A stretch of 64,000 nt of DNA from Candidatus Woesebacteria bacterium (GTDB lineage Bacteria > Patescibacteriota > Microgenomatia > UBA8517), in assembly GCA_016926185.1 (NCBI GenBank), contig JAFGPD010000010.1, positions 1,444-65,443 on the forward strand. The letters run 5' to 3'. The translations under genes and the position numbers were made by a program. The notes below the pieces were generated by a model. The model was not told the DNA's origin. It was given only the letters and a program-made list of their open reading frames with translations, and searched no databases. The stretch's first letter is position 1. The number at the start of each line of letters is the position of its first letter. Of the stretch, positions 16,552 to 26,713 are shown piece after piece.

Positions 16552-17658
16552 ATGAACAATAAAATTAAATGTCCCTTCTGCAATAGATCTTTTGAGCCGA
16601 CTGAGGCCTACAAACACGAGTTGGAGGAAAAACTGCTTCAGGAAACTCAGCAGCAGCACAAAAAAGATATTGAGGTAATTAAGCTGAAAATTGAAAAAGA
16701 AGCCAGTGAAAAAGCACAAAAGGATCTGTCGGCTGAGCGTGAGAGAGGTAAAAAGCTGACCGGTCAGATCGACAAACTGCTTTCTGAGATCAGAAACTTG
16801 AGGCAAAAGGATGAAGAACGGGAAATTGAGATGAAGAAAAAACTTCTCGCAGAAGAAGAAAAAATTAAGGAAGAGCAAAGAAAGAAAAGTGAGGAAGCGC
16901 ACAAGCTGACAGATATGGAAAAGGATAAGAAATTAAATGAAGCTTTGGAGCAGATCGAGACACTGAAAGCGAAAATCCAAAAAGGTTCTCAGCAGACACA
17001 AGGTGAAGTTTTAGAGCTTGAGATCGAGGAAAAATTGAAACAGGAATTCCCCAGCGATCAGATCACGGAAATTAAAAAAGGACAAAGAGGTGCTGACGTG
17101 TCCCAGATTGTTGTTGATAAAAATGGGAAAAAATGCGGAAAGATCTTGTGGGAAAGTAAAAACGCAAAATGGTCGAATAGCTGGATCTCAAAGCTGAAAG
17201 AAGACCAAAGACAGGCAAAAGCGGATGTAGCAATTCTCGTCAGCGTTCATCTTCCGGAAAATGTCGAATATTACAGCCGGATAAAAGGCGTGTGGGTGTG
17301 TTCGTGGAAAGTGTTTCTTCAGCTTGCTTATTCTCTCCGGTTCACGCTTATTTCACTCAACTTTGAAAAACAAACCAAGGTCGGGATCGATCAGAAAATG
17401 CAGATACTTTATGAATACTTGACAGGGAACGAGTTCAAAGGAAGGATCGAGGGGATTGTAGAAAGCTTTTCTTCCCTGCAGGAAGAGATGGAGCGGGAGA
17501 AGCGCTGGTTCTCTACAAAATGGGCAAGACAAGAAAAAGAGATCAGAAAAGTTCTTGATCATACTCACGGGATGTATGGGGACCTGCAGGGAGTTATCGG
17601 GAAATCATTACCAGAAATAAAGACGCTTTCCCTGCCTGAAAGCAGTGACGAAAGTTAA
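16552..17658 (+). CDS. DUF2130-family protein (N-terminal C4 zinc finger, long coiled coil, C-terminal nuclease-like domain)
   Basis: CPFCNRSF...H, heptad-rich middle, QRGADVSQIVVDKNGKKCGKILWESKNAKWSNSWISKLKEDQRQAKADVAILVS. Confidence 0.5.
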   Translation: MNNKIKCPFCNRSFEPTEAYKHELEEKLLQETQQQHKKDIEVIKLKIEKEASEKAQKDLSAERERGKKLTGQIDKLLSEIRNLRQKDEEREIEMKKKLLAEEEKIKEEQRKKSEEAHKLTDMEKDKKLNEALEQIETLKAKIQKGSQQTQGEVLELEIEEKLKQEFPSDQITEIKKGQRGADVSQIVVDKNGKKCGKILWESKNAKWSNSWISKLKEDQRQAKADVAILVSVHLPENVEYYSRIKGVWVCSWKVFLQLAYSLRFTLISLNFEKQTKVGIDQKMQILYEYLTGNEFKGRIEGIVESFSSLQEEMEREKRWFSTKWARQEKEIRKVLDHTHGMYGDLQGVIGKSLPEIKTLSLPESSDES

Positions 17659-17705
17659 TTTGCTTTAATCCAATAGCCAAAAGTGTAAGAGGTAACTTTA
17701 GTATC

Positions 17706-18128
17706 TTATTTTGCCAAAGCAATGATTATTGTGCCGATGGTCATTAGTACCGCTCCGAATGCAACTTGCACGGTTATCCTTTCGCTTAAGATTATACCTG
17801 CAAAGACGATTGTCAGCACCAGACTTAGTTTGTCTATTGGAACAACTTTGCTTGCTTCACCGATCTTTAAGGCATAGAAATAAAAAAGCCAGGAAATTCC
17901 CGTCGCTATTCCTGAGAGGATCAAAAATATCCAAGATCTTTTTCCTATTGAAGAAAGCAGTGGCAGCTTTTTTTGGAATAGAACAATTCCCCAGGTAAAA
18001 ATCAGAATTACCGTGGTTCTTATTGCGGTTGCTAGGTTACTGTCAACATTTTCTATACCGATCTTTGCAAGTATTGCCACCAATGCGGCAAATATTGCTG
18101 AAAGAAAAGCTGCGATGTACCAAGTCAT
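17706..18128 (-). CDS. EamA/DMT-family small membrane transporter (4 TM)
   Basis: 140 aa; single EamA-like repeat ILSGIATGISWLFYFYALKIGEASKVVPIDKLSLVLTIVFAGIILSE. Confidence 0.6.
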   Translation of the reverse strand: MTWYIAAFLSAIFAALVAILAKIGIENVDSNLATAIRTTVILIFTWGIVLFQKKLPLLSSIGKRSWIFLILSGIATGISWLFYFYALKIGEASKVVPIDKLSLVLTIVFAGIILSERITVQVAFGAVLMTIGTIIIALAK

Positions 18129-18166
18129 TAACAGTATTTTAATTTATTTTTATGAAAGATATAAGT

Positions 18167-18766
18167 CTATCTTTTTATTGGGGAGGAAGTTGTTTCATCA
18201 AAACACTCTGGTATAAGATATGTCGAAAAGTCGGGATGATCTTCAAAAAGACTGCACATTATTACACCGTTCCCGTCAGCTACAATTTTTACTTCACCAT
18301 TATCTTTTACTGCAAATACATAACCTCCTCCTGCCGGTGCAGATACTGGGACAACTCCGCCTTCAATGTATTTTCCCAAGTGTTTAAAAATTACGACCTT
18401 CATGTCTGTCAGATCTAATCCCTTTTTAATTAAAGCTTGCTTGATCAGTTCCGAGTCACCTTCGATATCACATTCTCCTCTAAAGTAAGCCCATTCTTCA
18501 CAGGAGTAATCTTTCAGGTTGCACATTCCGAATTGGCTTCCGTCTGACTCTGTAATGATCTCCAGTTCTCCTCCATTTTCTTCACAGTACACTGAAGCAG
18601 GGTTTGCCATTCCTGCAGAAGGTTGATCTTGGTCGGCTTGTCTAGCTATTGGAGTGGGAGTAGGCACGGTTTCCAGTGGCTTTTCATTTGATCTTTTATT
18701 AGCAATTACTAGAAATATCACCAAAAGAGAGGAAAATATCGGGATTATCCAGACTAATTTTTTCAT
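18167..18766 (-). CDS. DUF333-domain secreted/membrane-anchored protein
   Basis: N-terminal TM anchor; MANPASVYCEENGG is the DUF333 hallmark. Confidence 0.5.
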   Translation of the reverse strand: MKKLVWIIPIFSSLLVIFLVIANKRSNEKPLETVPTPTPIARQADQDQPSAGMANPASVYCEENGGELEIITESDGSQFGMCNLKDYSCEEWAYFRGECDIEGDSELIKQALIKKGLDLTDMKVVIFKHLGKYIEGGVVPVSAPAGGGYVFAVKDNGEVKIVADGNGVIMCSLFEDHPDFSTYLIPECFDETTSSPIKR

Positions 18767-18885
18767 ATATGTATTTTATCACTTGTGTAAATATCATGTG
18801 AGTAGTACTGTTTTTGTTTCTTGTGTTAAAAAATTTTAAAAAGGCTTTTAATCTGATGAATGTGTTGTAGTAAAATACATTTGGA

Positions 18886-19284
18886 ATGAGAGCATCAGCA
18901 ATAATTGTCAAAAAAAATAAGATACTTTTGATACATCGTTTTAAAAAGGGAAAAGAATATTGGGTATTTCCCGGAGGAAATATCGAAGAAGGAGAAAAGA
19001 AAATTGAGGCAATAAAGCGTGAGGTATTAGAAGAAACAAGCTTAGCAGTCACAAGCTGCAGATATAGTTTTGATTATAAAGATGAGGATGGTGAGTGCAA
19101 TCCTGTGTTCACTTGTGAAGTTGAGGGTGGTGAGCCAAGATTAGCTGAAGGCGCTCCTGAGGCTGAAGCTGCTACGGACACAAATTGGTATAAACCGGAA
19201 TGGATAGATATAGAAGGATCGCTTAAGCTCAAGATCTATCCAGAGGAGGGAATTAGAGTTATTAGATCTTTGCTTAGGAAATAA
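18886..19284 (+). CDS. Nudix hydrolase
   Basis: Nudix box GGNIEEGEKKIEAIKREVLEETSL. Confidence 0.75.
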   Translation: MRASAIIVKKNKILLIHRFKKGKEYWVFPGGNIEEGEKKIEAIKREVLEETSLAVTSCRYSFDYKDEDGECNPVFTCEVEGGEPRLAEGAPEAEAATDTNWYKPEWIDIEGSLKLKIYPEEGIRVIRSLLRK

Positions 19285-19335
19285 AACTAAATGTTATTTA
19301 TTAATACTTACAATTTAAAAAGGTTTCTGGCAAAT

Positions 19336-20514
19336 TCAGAGGTGTTCGAGTGAAAGCTGTGCTGGTTGGAAGTTTTTATTATAATAAATCGCTTTTTCGA
19401 ATTCCTGCCTTGCAGCCTCAATCCTTCCTTGTTTAAGATATATTTCACCTCTAATTTGGTAAAATTCTGAAAAAGCACGGTTTCCATTGTTTAAAATATT
19501 TTCTATCCTTGGCAAAAGCTCAACATACCTGCCTAGTTTTTGATATGCCAGAAGTGGTTCTATCTGATACCATAAAGTTCTGAATGGAAGTTTGCTTTCC
19601 ACTTTTTCAAAAATTTCTATAGACTTTTGACAATCTCCTATTTCGTAATAGGCAACAGATAGTGAAAATTGTAAATATTTATCCTCGGGATTTTTTACAG
19701 CTTCTTTTTTCAGATATTCTACGGCATTTTGCCAAGCGATCATTTCATCTATATTTTCTCCGATTATTGATCCAACCAGCTTTTCTTGACCGGGTTTAAC
19801 CAAAACCAGATATTCAAATCCGTACGGCTTCCAAAGCTGCAAGAATTCATCGTAATCATATTTTAAACCCTTGCCTTGCAGGGAATCATTTTGTATCAAA
19901 TAACCTCTTTTATCATTGTATCCATAGACAACACGGAAATGGCCAATATCTTCATTGGTTTTGGTCAAGGTCCTTGTAATGACAGGTATGTTATTTGCAA
20001 CAAATTTCTTAACGATCTCAATAGTACCAACAGGTCTATGAAAGGGGATAAAGCCGAAGTCTTTTGATTTTTCAGCTAGTTCTGCAAGGGTTACAGATTT
20101 GTCGTCGTTGTCCCCATTTGGTATTTGATAAGGGCGCAGTTCGTCCCCGAGAGCTTTTTGACTTACATTAATACAATAGAAAGAAAGTGCCATCGATAGT
20201 GATGCGGGACCGCAGTTGTTGAAAGTCTGAAAGCTATGCGAGCCTCCTTTTATCTGATAGCTTTCTGGTATCACCCCATATAAAGGAATGGGTGAAGATG
20301 TGATAGCTGATGATTGAAAATTACTTGATGTGAGATCAACAATTTTTTCAAAATTTGAGTAATTTAATCTAACAATTTGATTGTCTTTATAAACATGGAG
20401 GAAGAATGAAAAAAGCACCAGAATAATAAAAGTCATCCCAATTGTCAGTAATTCTTTTTTGTTTTTCTTATCTTTTGTTTTTAGATTATTAAATTCTCTC
20501 AATATTTCGGCCAT
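19336..20514 (-). CDS. C39-like cysteine peptidase domain protein with C-terminal TPR repeats, N-terminal TM anchor
   Basis: FQTFNNCGPASLSMALSFY (Peptidase_C39_2-like catalytic Cys region); TPR-like helical repeats at the C-terminus. Confidence 0.55.
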   Translation of the reverse strand: MAEILREFNNLKTKDKKNKKELLTIGMTFIILVLFSFFLHVYKDNQIVRLNYSNFEKIVDLTSSNFQSSAITSSPIPLYGVIPESYQIKGGSHSFQTFNNCGPASLSMALSFYCINVSQKALGDELRPYQIPNGDNDDKSVTLAELAEKSKDFGFIPFHRPVGTIEIVKKFVANNIPVITRTLTKTNEDIGHFRVVYGYNDKRGYLIQNDSLQGKGLKYDYDEFLQLWKPYGFEYLVLVKPGQEKLVGSIIGENIDEMIAWQNAVEYLKKEAVKNPEDKYLQFSLSVAYYEIGDCQKSIEIFEKVESKLPFRTLWYQIEPLLAYQKLGRYVELLPRIENILNNGNRAFSEFYQIRGEIYLKQGRIEAARQEFEKAIYYNKNFQPAQLSLEHL

Positions 20515-20557
20515 ATCTATATATTAACATGTATTACCGGTTCGAATAAGAGGATTG

Positions 20558-21313
20558 TTATATTAGTTTTTCGTTTTGGAGATATTCAACTACTCCTTTG
20601 TAGATAGCTTTGGCAGATATTTCAGGGTGGTTGGTAAGGAAGGCCCTGTCGGAGCTGTTAGTGAGAAAACCTGTTTCAATTATCACTGCTGTGGTCATCG
20701 GATGTATCGCATGATCATATCTCCACCAGGAAAATGCGTAATAACCGCGCATATTACGTGTGATATTGGGATCCAGTGATAATCCGGTGTCTGTTTTATA
20801 ATATTTGTCGATTGAGCTGATCAGACTCTCTGCGTTTCCTGTGAGGTCTCTCCAAGGACCAGTGATCTTGTAACCGGATTTTTCTGTATCTTCACTGCCG
20901 TCGGCATGGATAGCTATAAATACATCAGACCAATATTTTTCGGGAACGGTAGCTGGCAGAAGCTCAACGAATATCCCGTCAGCCTTAAGCAAGTTCTCGA
21001 TCTCTCTTGCTATTGTGAGATTAACTTCCCATTCGTCGTAGCCGCCAGCACTTGCTCCGTCACTTGTCCTTAGTTTTTTAAGTTCTTCGGGAAGATCATC
21101 ATTTTTGAAATGACCCACCTGAATAGCAACCTTTGCAGGTAGATCAGGTCGGCTCCAGTCTGAAAGCCAGGACAGAACCCCGCTTGGCACACTTTCCTCA
21201 CTGGTTGAAATAGCGGGGGCTCCCTGTATACTATCTTTCGGAGAAGAAAAATAAGAAATTATTCCTGCAGTGGTCAAAAATAATATAAATAGTACAAAAA
21301 TCACTTTTCTCAT
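20558..21313 (-). CDS. N-acetylmuramoyl-L-alanine amidase (Amidase_3 family), secreted
   Basis: Signal peptide; IQVGH...EWEVNLTIAREIENLLKADG...DVFIAIHADG matches the Amidase_3 layout. Confidence 0.55.
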   Translation of the reverse strand: MRKVIFVLFILFLTTAGIISYFSSPKDSIQGAPAISTSEESVPSGVLSWLSDWSRPDLPAKVAIQVGHFKNDDLPEELKKLRTSDGASAGGYDEWEVNLTIAREIENLLKADGIFVELLPATVPEKYWSDVFIAIHADGSEDTEKSGYKITGPWRDLTGNAESLISSIDKYYKTDTGLSLDPNITRNMRGYYAFSWWRYDHAIHPMTTAVIIETGFLTNSSDRAFLTNHPEISAKAIYKGVVEYLQNEKLI

Positions 21314-21406
21314 AGAAGTTACGATATTAGCACAGTTTTCTTAAGATTACCTGACTGTGTTTTCACGGACTTTTCTTGTTGGGATTATTGTGCAATACTG
21401 AAGAGC

Positions 21407-22531
21407 ATGAAAAATCTTAAAAATGACTTACAAATAAGCAAAGGATCGATCATAATTATGATCTTGGTTGTTGTAGCTTTTTTTGCAACAGCAGGGATCG
21501 CTTATTATTTAATGGCTTATGGTCAAAAAAGTGGGGTTGATAAGTTTGTGAGCAGTAATGTTATCAGAAAAGACACATCTTCTATAAATAGTAATGACAT
21601 TGAAAACTTAACTCCTACCCCAATATCAAAAAGTTTTCCTTTTGAGGAGATGACACTCCCGTCTCTTCGGAGACGTAATTATAAAAGCAGTCTGGGGGAA
21701 TTGCAAAAACTTGCAGATAAAAATAACTTTTCTTCGTATTTGACAAGCTACGATTCTGACGGTCTTAGGATAAATGGCTATCTCACAATACCTCACGGAC
21801 AGATCCCGGAGGGAGGTTGGCCTGCGGTGGTATTCGTACACGGATACATTCCTCCACAAGAGTATGAAACGACAAAAAACTATGTTAGCTATGCTGATGC
21901 TTTGGCTGATTATGGCTTGGTTGTTTTTAAAATTGATCTCAGGGGGCATGGTCAAAGTGAAGGGGAACCGATGGGTGCATACTATTCGGAAAGCTATGTT
22001 GTTGACACCTTAAATGCATACAGAGCTTTGCAAAAAAGCGATTTTGTTAACCCAGACAAAATTGGTCTTTGGGGACATTCAATGGGTGGTAACGTCGTTT
22101 TTCGAAGTAAAGTTGTAATACCAGAAATTCAGAAGGTAGTGATATGGGCTGGAGCTGTGTTTACCTATGAGGATTTTTCTGAGTATAAGATCGAAGATAA
22201 TAGTTACCAGCCACCACCCCAAGAATCGGAGAGAATAAAAAGGAGAGAAGAGCTTTTTGATAATTATGGAGAATTTGATCCTAATAGTGAATTTTGGAAA
22301 CAGATTGTGCCGACAAATTATCTCGAAGATATATCCGGTGATTTTCAAATTCATCACGCGATTGACGATAATATAGTGAGCATTGAATATAGCAGGAATT
22401 TGGAAAAGATATTTGATGCTGACGGGATAGAAAATCAGCTCTATGAATATAGAAGTGGTGGACATAATATCACTAGCAGTAGTTTTGATTTAGCAATGCA
22501 ACGATCTGCAGACTTTTTGACAAGTTATTAA
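21407..22531 (+). CDS. Alpha/beta-hydrolase (S9/dienelactone-hydrolase-like), membrane-anchored
   Basis: N-terminal TM; nucleophile elbow GLWGHSMGG; later D and H candidates. Confidence 0.6.
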   Translation: MKNLKNDLQISKGSIIIMILVVVAFFATAGIAYYLMAYGQKSGVDKFVSSNVIRKDTSSINSNDIENLTPTPISKSFPFEEMTLPSLRRRNYKSSLGELQKLADKNNFSSYLTSYDSDGLRINGYLTIPHGQIPEGGWPAVVFVHGYIPPQEYETTKNYVSYADALADYGLVVFKIDLRGHGQSEGEPMGAYYSESYVVDTLNAYRALQKSDFVNPDKIGLWGHSMGGNVVFRSKVVIPEIQKVVIWAGAVFTYEDFSEYKIEDNSYQPPPQESERIKRREELFDNYGEFDPNSEFWKQIVPTNYLEDISGDFQIHHAIDDNIVSIEYSRNLEKIFDADGIENQLYEYRSGGHNITSSSFDLAMQRSADFLTSY

Positions 22532-22822
22532 ATGAAAAAAGATTACGGGGGAGTAGTGTGGACAGATCATGCACTAGAGAGAATGCGTGACAGGGGAATA
22601 AAACAGGGAGATGCATGGGCAACTTTTAGAAGTCCTCATTCCAGCAAGAATGCTTCAACTAAAGATGCGTATATATATTATAAAACTTTCGGGAGTGAAA
22701 AGATCGAGGTTGTAGCAAAAAAGGATGAGGATAAATGGATAATTATTTCTGTATGGTCTAAAAAACTGGAAAAGCAGAAAAACAAGAGCATTTTTAGTTT
22801 TATAAAAAAACTTTTTAAATGA
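22532..22822 (+). CDS. DUF4258 protein (toxin-like)
   Basis: VVWTDHALERMRDRGIKQGD; start codon abuts the upstream stop (TAAATG). Confidence 0.55.
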   Translation: MKKDYGGVVWTDHALERMRDRGIKQGDAWATFRSPHSSKNASTKDAYIYYKTFGSEKIEVVAKKDEDKWIIISVWSKKLEKQKNKSIFSFIKKLFK

Positions 22823-23190
22823 TCGTAAAAAGATCAATAGATAACTTAGAGTTGAAATTCTCCTTAATAGAAAAAATTCTGACTTTCCATACGGATTTTC
22901 ATATTCATATTAAAAATATTAAGTCTATTAAAGAAGGCAAACTATCCCCATGGAGACGCTTTTTGGGTTTTCGCTGTCCCGGAACCTTTTTGCCTGGAGT
23001 ATTCAAATTGGGAACATATTATACAAAGGAAGGCAGAGAATTTTGGTTTTGGTTAAGGAATAAAAAATATGAATATACAATTGAACTGAAGGATGAAAAG
23101 TATGAACGTTTGATCATTTCAACAAATAAAAAATTGTCACTAAATCTTAAACAGAAAAAGAGACAGTTGGAATACATATTGAATAGCTGA
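22819..23190 (+). CDS. Hypothetical protein, possible bacterial PH-like fold; 4-nt overlap with the DUF4258 gene
   Basis: ATGA overlap; GTYYTKEGREFWFWL...TIELKDEKYERLII. Confidence 0.3.
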   Translation: MIVKRSIDNLELKFSLIEKILTFHTDFHIHIKNIKSIKEGKLSPWRRFLGFRCPGTFLPGVFKLGTYYTKEGREFWFWLRNKKYEYTIELKDEKYERLIISTNKKLSLNLKQKKRQLEYILNS

Positions 23191-23196
23191 AACTTT

Positions 23197-23619
23197 GTGG
23201 TAAATTATTACTGTAAAAAGGAGGTGATCAATTTGAAAGGTTTTGTAGATAATATAGAAAAACTGACATTAAAAAACAATAACTTCAGAAAAGTACTTTT
23301 TACTGGTAAATTCTGCCAGCTTGTGGTCATGAGCTTAAAACCCGGTGAGGAAATTGGAATGGAAGTTCATCCTGATGTAGATCAATTCTTCCGGATCGAT
23401 AGTGGTATGGGAAAAGTGATAATGGGGAGGGAAGAAAAAAGATTGAAGGACGGTTCTGCGATCGTTGTTCCTGCTGGAACAAAACATAATATTGTTAATA
23501 CCAGTAAGACTGATGATCTGAAACTTTATACCGTATATTCGCCACCCAATCATCCAAAAGGTACGGTTCATAAAACTTACGAGGAAGCTGAAGAGTATGA
23601 GAAAAAGCATCACTCATGA
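23197..23619 (+). CDS. Cupin-domain protein
   Basis: GMEVHPDVDQFFRIDSGMGKVIMG...DGSAIVVPAGTKHNIVN (cupin_2 metal-site pattern). Confidence 0.6.
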   Translation: MVNYYCKKEVINLKGFVDNIEKLTLKNNNFRKVLFTGKFCQLVVMSLKPGEEIGMEVHPDVDQFFRIDSGMGKVIMGREEKRLKDGSAIVVPAGTKHNIVNTSKTDDLKLYTVYSPPNHPKGTVHKTYEEAEEYEKKHHS

Positions 23620-23643
23620 TTTGTTTTTGGAAAACAAATCGTA
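23619..23643 (+). terminator. Hairpin GATTTGTTTT-TGG-AAAACAAATC immediately after the cupin gene stop
   Basis: 10-bp perfect inverted repeat read directly. Confidence 0.35.
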
Positions 23644-23817
23644 GGAGTCGTTTTGGCGTGTTATTATTGGGTTGTGATATGACTTAAGGTTATATTTTCA
23701 ATGAGATCTCAAGCTTCGTTTAAGATGTGGTATTCTGTTGAAAAGCCCAATCAAGATCAACAGCAATGTTTGTAATCTTTACTTGACAAAATGTAATGTT
23801 TGTATTACATTTTATAT

Positions 23818-24213
23818 ATGGATCTTACTTCTGAGCAATTTGAAAAGATAAGAAAAATATTAACATTTCTCGAGATAATAGTTGTATTATTGGCAGTGAA
23901 TTTTAACTCTGCTCTTATTGCGATCTTTGGGATCGGTTTCGGGATGTTTATTTTGACTTTTCTTAAAAGCAGCGTGAAGGATAAATTGATTGACGAAAGA
24001 ATAGAAAGTATCGCAAACCGTGCTGCGATGGTGTCTTTCAGGGTGATGCTTCCAATTCTTGGATTGACCTCGGTAGCTCTTTTGGTTAGTGCCGGAAAAG
24101 AGGAATTCTATTTCCTGCATGGATTGGGAGTCATCCTTTCTTATATTACTTGTTTAGGACTTTTTATTTATTTAGTGACTTATTATTACTTTAACAAAAA
24201 ATATGGGGGATGA
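23818..24213 (+). CDS. Small membrane protein (3-4 TM), partner of the downstream XRE regulator
   Basis: First in-frame ATG at 23818 (the ORF opens at a TTG at 23800); TTGACA at 23784-23789 with a 17-nt spacer places this ATG in a leaderless position. Confidence 0.4.
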   Translation: MDLTSEQFEKIRKILTFLEIIVVLLAVNFNSALIAIFGIGFGMFILTFLKSSVKDKLIDERIESIANRAAMVSFRVMLPILGLTSVALLVSAGKEEFYFLHGLGVILSYITCLGLFIYLVTYYYFNKKYGG

Positions 24214-24413
24214 TGATACAAAACAAGATAAAAGTTTACAGAGCAATGAATGAAATGACCCAAGAGGATCTAGCAAAAAAGGTTGGAGTCGTTCGTCAGA
24301 CGATCCATGCGATCGAGAATAACAAATATGTTCCATCACTTTCTTTAGCTTTCAAAATTGCCGGTGAGTTTGGTGTTGATATCAATGAGGTTTTTCAATT
24401 TCAGAAATCATGA
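24210..24413 (+). CDS. XRE-family helix-turn-helix transcriptional regulator
   Basis: [41 protein letters not shown]; ATGA overlap with the upstream membrane protein gene. Confidence 0.7.
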   Translation: MMIQNKIKVYRAMNEMTQEDLAKKVGVVRQTIHAIENNKYVPSLSLAFKIAGEFGVDINEVFQFQKS

Positions 24414-24811
24414 AAAAGTTGATCACAAAGTACAGAAACTGGTTTTTTTACTGGGCAGCTGTGGGAGTAGGATTTTTCATACTTTTCTTTTTGGTCACCA
24501 GCAGCTGGATCGGTGTGAGCGTTAAGGAAAAATGTCTTATCGCTACCGCCAGGTATGAAAAAGAGGATTGTGTGTTTGCATTGATGGATCAGCTGCAGGA
24601 TGAGAACACAACATATCGTGAAAAAAATTATGCGATATGGGCATTGGGACAGTTGGGAGATGATAGAGCATTGTCTATTTTGGAAAATATGTATACTGGT
24701 ATAATTCCTGATAGAGAACCGTACGATGACGGCATAAGCCAGTATGAGCTGAAAAAAGCAATCAAGTTAATAGATGACGGTTTCAATGCTACTGCTTTTG
24801 TGTGGAGATGA
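24410..24811 (+). CDS. Membrane-anchored HEAT-repeat-like protein
   Basis: N-terminal TM; [23 protein letters not shown] resembles PBS-lyase HEAT repeats. Confidence 0.4.
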   Translation: MKKLITKYRNWFFYWAAVGVGFFILFFLVTSSWIGVSVKEKCLIATARYEKEDCVFALMDQLQDENTTYREKNYAIWALGQLGDDRALSILENMYTGIIPDREPYDDGISQYELKKAIKLIDDGFNATAFVWR

Positions 24812-25834
24812 TCATATTGGCATTTTAACGGTGAAGATCGATCCTTTTCCAATTTTACTTTCCACCTCGATCTTTCCTTCATGTTTTTCTACTATGATCT
24901 TTGCCAGAGATAGTCCTAAACCGAAACCTTCTGCTTTAATTTTTGATCTTGAAGACTCAACACGATAAAACCTTTCAAATATTTTTTCCAAGTGTTTTTC
25001 TGCAATACCTATCCCTGTGTCCTTTACTATTATTAATAGTACTCTTAAGTTCTTGCTTAGCTTTGATATGATAGATACTTTTCCGCCTTTGGGAGTATAT
25101 TTTATTGCGTTGTCTAAAAGGATCGAGATCAGCTTTGCGATCTTTTCTTCATCTGCCTTGATATATACAAGAGAAAGTTTATTGGCGATTTTTATGTTTT
25201 TTGCTTTGGCTTGTTTTTCGAATTTTTCAACCTCTCTTCTAATAACTTCTTTCGTGTTAACCCTTTGTTTTTTTAAATTAGCTTCCTCAATTCGAGCCAA
25301 TGCAAGCAATTCATTCGTAAGTATCTTCAGATCATCGATATCATCCAGACTTTCCTGAAGAGTTCTTTTTGCCTCTTTTAAGTTAAGCTTTTTGTCTCTT
25401 AAAGAAACCTCAATAGATGTTTTTAGTGCTGTTATTGGAGTTTTAAGTTCATGTGACGCATCAGCTACAAATCTTTTTTGTTCATCCATTGTATGCTCGA
25501 TCGGTTCAAGGGTTTTTCCTGCCAAGTAATGCCCAAGCATTGAAGATAGTACAAAAAGGAAACCATTTGCATAAATAAGAATAAGGAAAATTCTATTTCT
25601 TGCTGATTCAAGATCACTTCTGAAATACTCATGAACAGGACCTTCTATTCTAAAGTATTGAGGAGTTTCTTTAGATAATCTATTCTCAATAGTTATAAGC
25701 CTATTTTTGAATTCTCTTGAAACCTCATTATAAATAAATGCACTAAAAGTGAAACTCATTAACATTATTATCAGTACATACCAAGCAGTGAGTTCGAGTC
25801 TTGCTCTTTTGAACATCTTTTTACCTTTAAACAA
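24812..25834 (-). CDS. Two-component sensor histidine kinase
   Basis: Two TM segments, HisKA ASHELKTPI, HATPase N/G boxes (LLDNAIKYT, DTGIGI, GFGLGLSLAK). Confidence 0.8.
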   Translation of the reverse strand: MFKGKKMFKRARLELTAWYVLIIMLMSFTFSAFIYNEVSREFKNRLITIENRLSKETPQYFRIEGPVHEYFRSDLESARNRIFLILIYANGFLFVLSSMLGHYLAGKTLEPIEHTMDEQKRFVADASHELKTPITALKTSIEVSLRDKKLNLKEAKRTLQESLDDIDDLKILTNELLALARIEEANLKKQRVNTKEVIRREVEKFEKQAKAKNIKIANKLSLVYIKADEEKIAKLISILLDNAIKYTPKGGKVSIISKLSKNLRVLLIIVKDTGIGIAEKHLEKIFERFYRVESSRSKIKAEGFGLGLSLAKIIVEKHEGKIEVESKIGKGSIFTVKMPI

Positions 25835-25855
25835 ATTTACACTTAACTAAGTTTT

Positions 25856-26530
25856 TTACTCTGACACCTTGTAACCGAAACCTCTAACTGTTTCAATGAT
25901 CTTAGACTTACCTTTGAAGGGTTTTTCCAGTTTACCTCTTAAGTATCCGATATATACCTCAACTGTATTGGGAAGTACATCAGAATCGTAGTCCCATACA
26001 TGCTCGATGATTTGATCTTTGGTCACTACTTTTCCTTTGTTTCTCAAAAGATATTCCAAAAGAGATAGTTCAGTTTTACTAAGTTCGATAAGTATTTTCC
26101 CTCTTTTGACCTCGAGATTTTTGGTGTTTAGAGTAAGGTCTTTCGTTTGCAGGACACTGTCAAGGGTTTGCTTTGGTCTTCTTGACAAAGCCCTGACTCG
26201 TGCAAGAAGTTCGGTAAAAGAAAAAGGCTTTGGTAAGTAGTCATCAGCCCCAGAATTCAAACCTTCCACTTTTTCGTTCACAGAATCTCTCGCTGTAAGT
26301 ATCAAAATGGGAGTGTGTATATTTTCGGCTCTTAAGTTCTTGCAAATAGTCAGCCCGTCAATTTTTGGAAGCATCAGATCAAGGATGATGACATCATAAT
26401 TTTCAGTTGATGCAAGGTCATAACCAGACTCGCCATCGAAGGCCACATCAACAGCAAAAGTTTCCTGTTCAAGACCCCGTCTTATAGAGTTGGCGATCTT
26501 ATATTCGTCCTCAACTATGAGAATTCTCAT
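25856..26530 (-). CDS. OmpR-family response regulator
   Basis: Receiver MRILIVEDE...DVIILDLMLP...; winged-helix C-terminus YIGYLRGKLE...VRGFGY. Confidence 0.85.
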   Translation of the reverse strand: MRILIVEDEYKIANSIRRGLEQETFAVDVAFDGESGYDLASTENYDVIILDLMLPKIDGLTICKNLRAENIHTPILILTARDSVNEKVEGLNSGADDYLPKPFSFTELLARVRALSRRPKQTLDSVLQTKDLTLNTKNLEVKRGKILIELSKTELSLLEYLLRNKGKVVTKDQIIEHVWDYDSDVLPNTVEVYIGYLRGKLEKPFKGKSKIIETVRGFGYKVSE

Positions 26531-26713
26531 TTTTGTTTAACAAGCGATTTGTTGTAGCAGATAGTTGGGAAGGATTTAGTGGTGAAATAAGATCTATTGC
26601 TTACAACTTATCTTAAAAATTTGTAAATATAGTATAAACCATTTCTGAGAAAAAACTGAGAGAATTTTATGTAAGAGAAATTGCCTATTTGTATTTTTAA
26701 AAAATTTGTTACA

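Noticed and set aside
16498-16902. 134-aa minus-strand ORF antisense to the DUF2130 gene
   Set aside because: Phe/Leu-rich antisense artefact of a Lys/Glu-rich coiled-coil coding region.
20530-20550. GGTTCGAATAAG resembling a tRNA T-loop (GGTTCGAATCC), and a similar TTCGAATAAG at 45518
   Set aside because: No flanking acceptor/D/anticodon stems can be built; the T-loop consensus is broken after GAAT. Likely chance.
26681-26713. Annotated ORF start at 26681 (TTG) for the SurA-like gene, and at 23800 (TTG) and 3808 (GTG) for two other genes
   Set aside because: Each has an in-frame ATG shortly downstream that is positioned correctly relative to a promoter box. The longer versions would begin inside the promoter.
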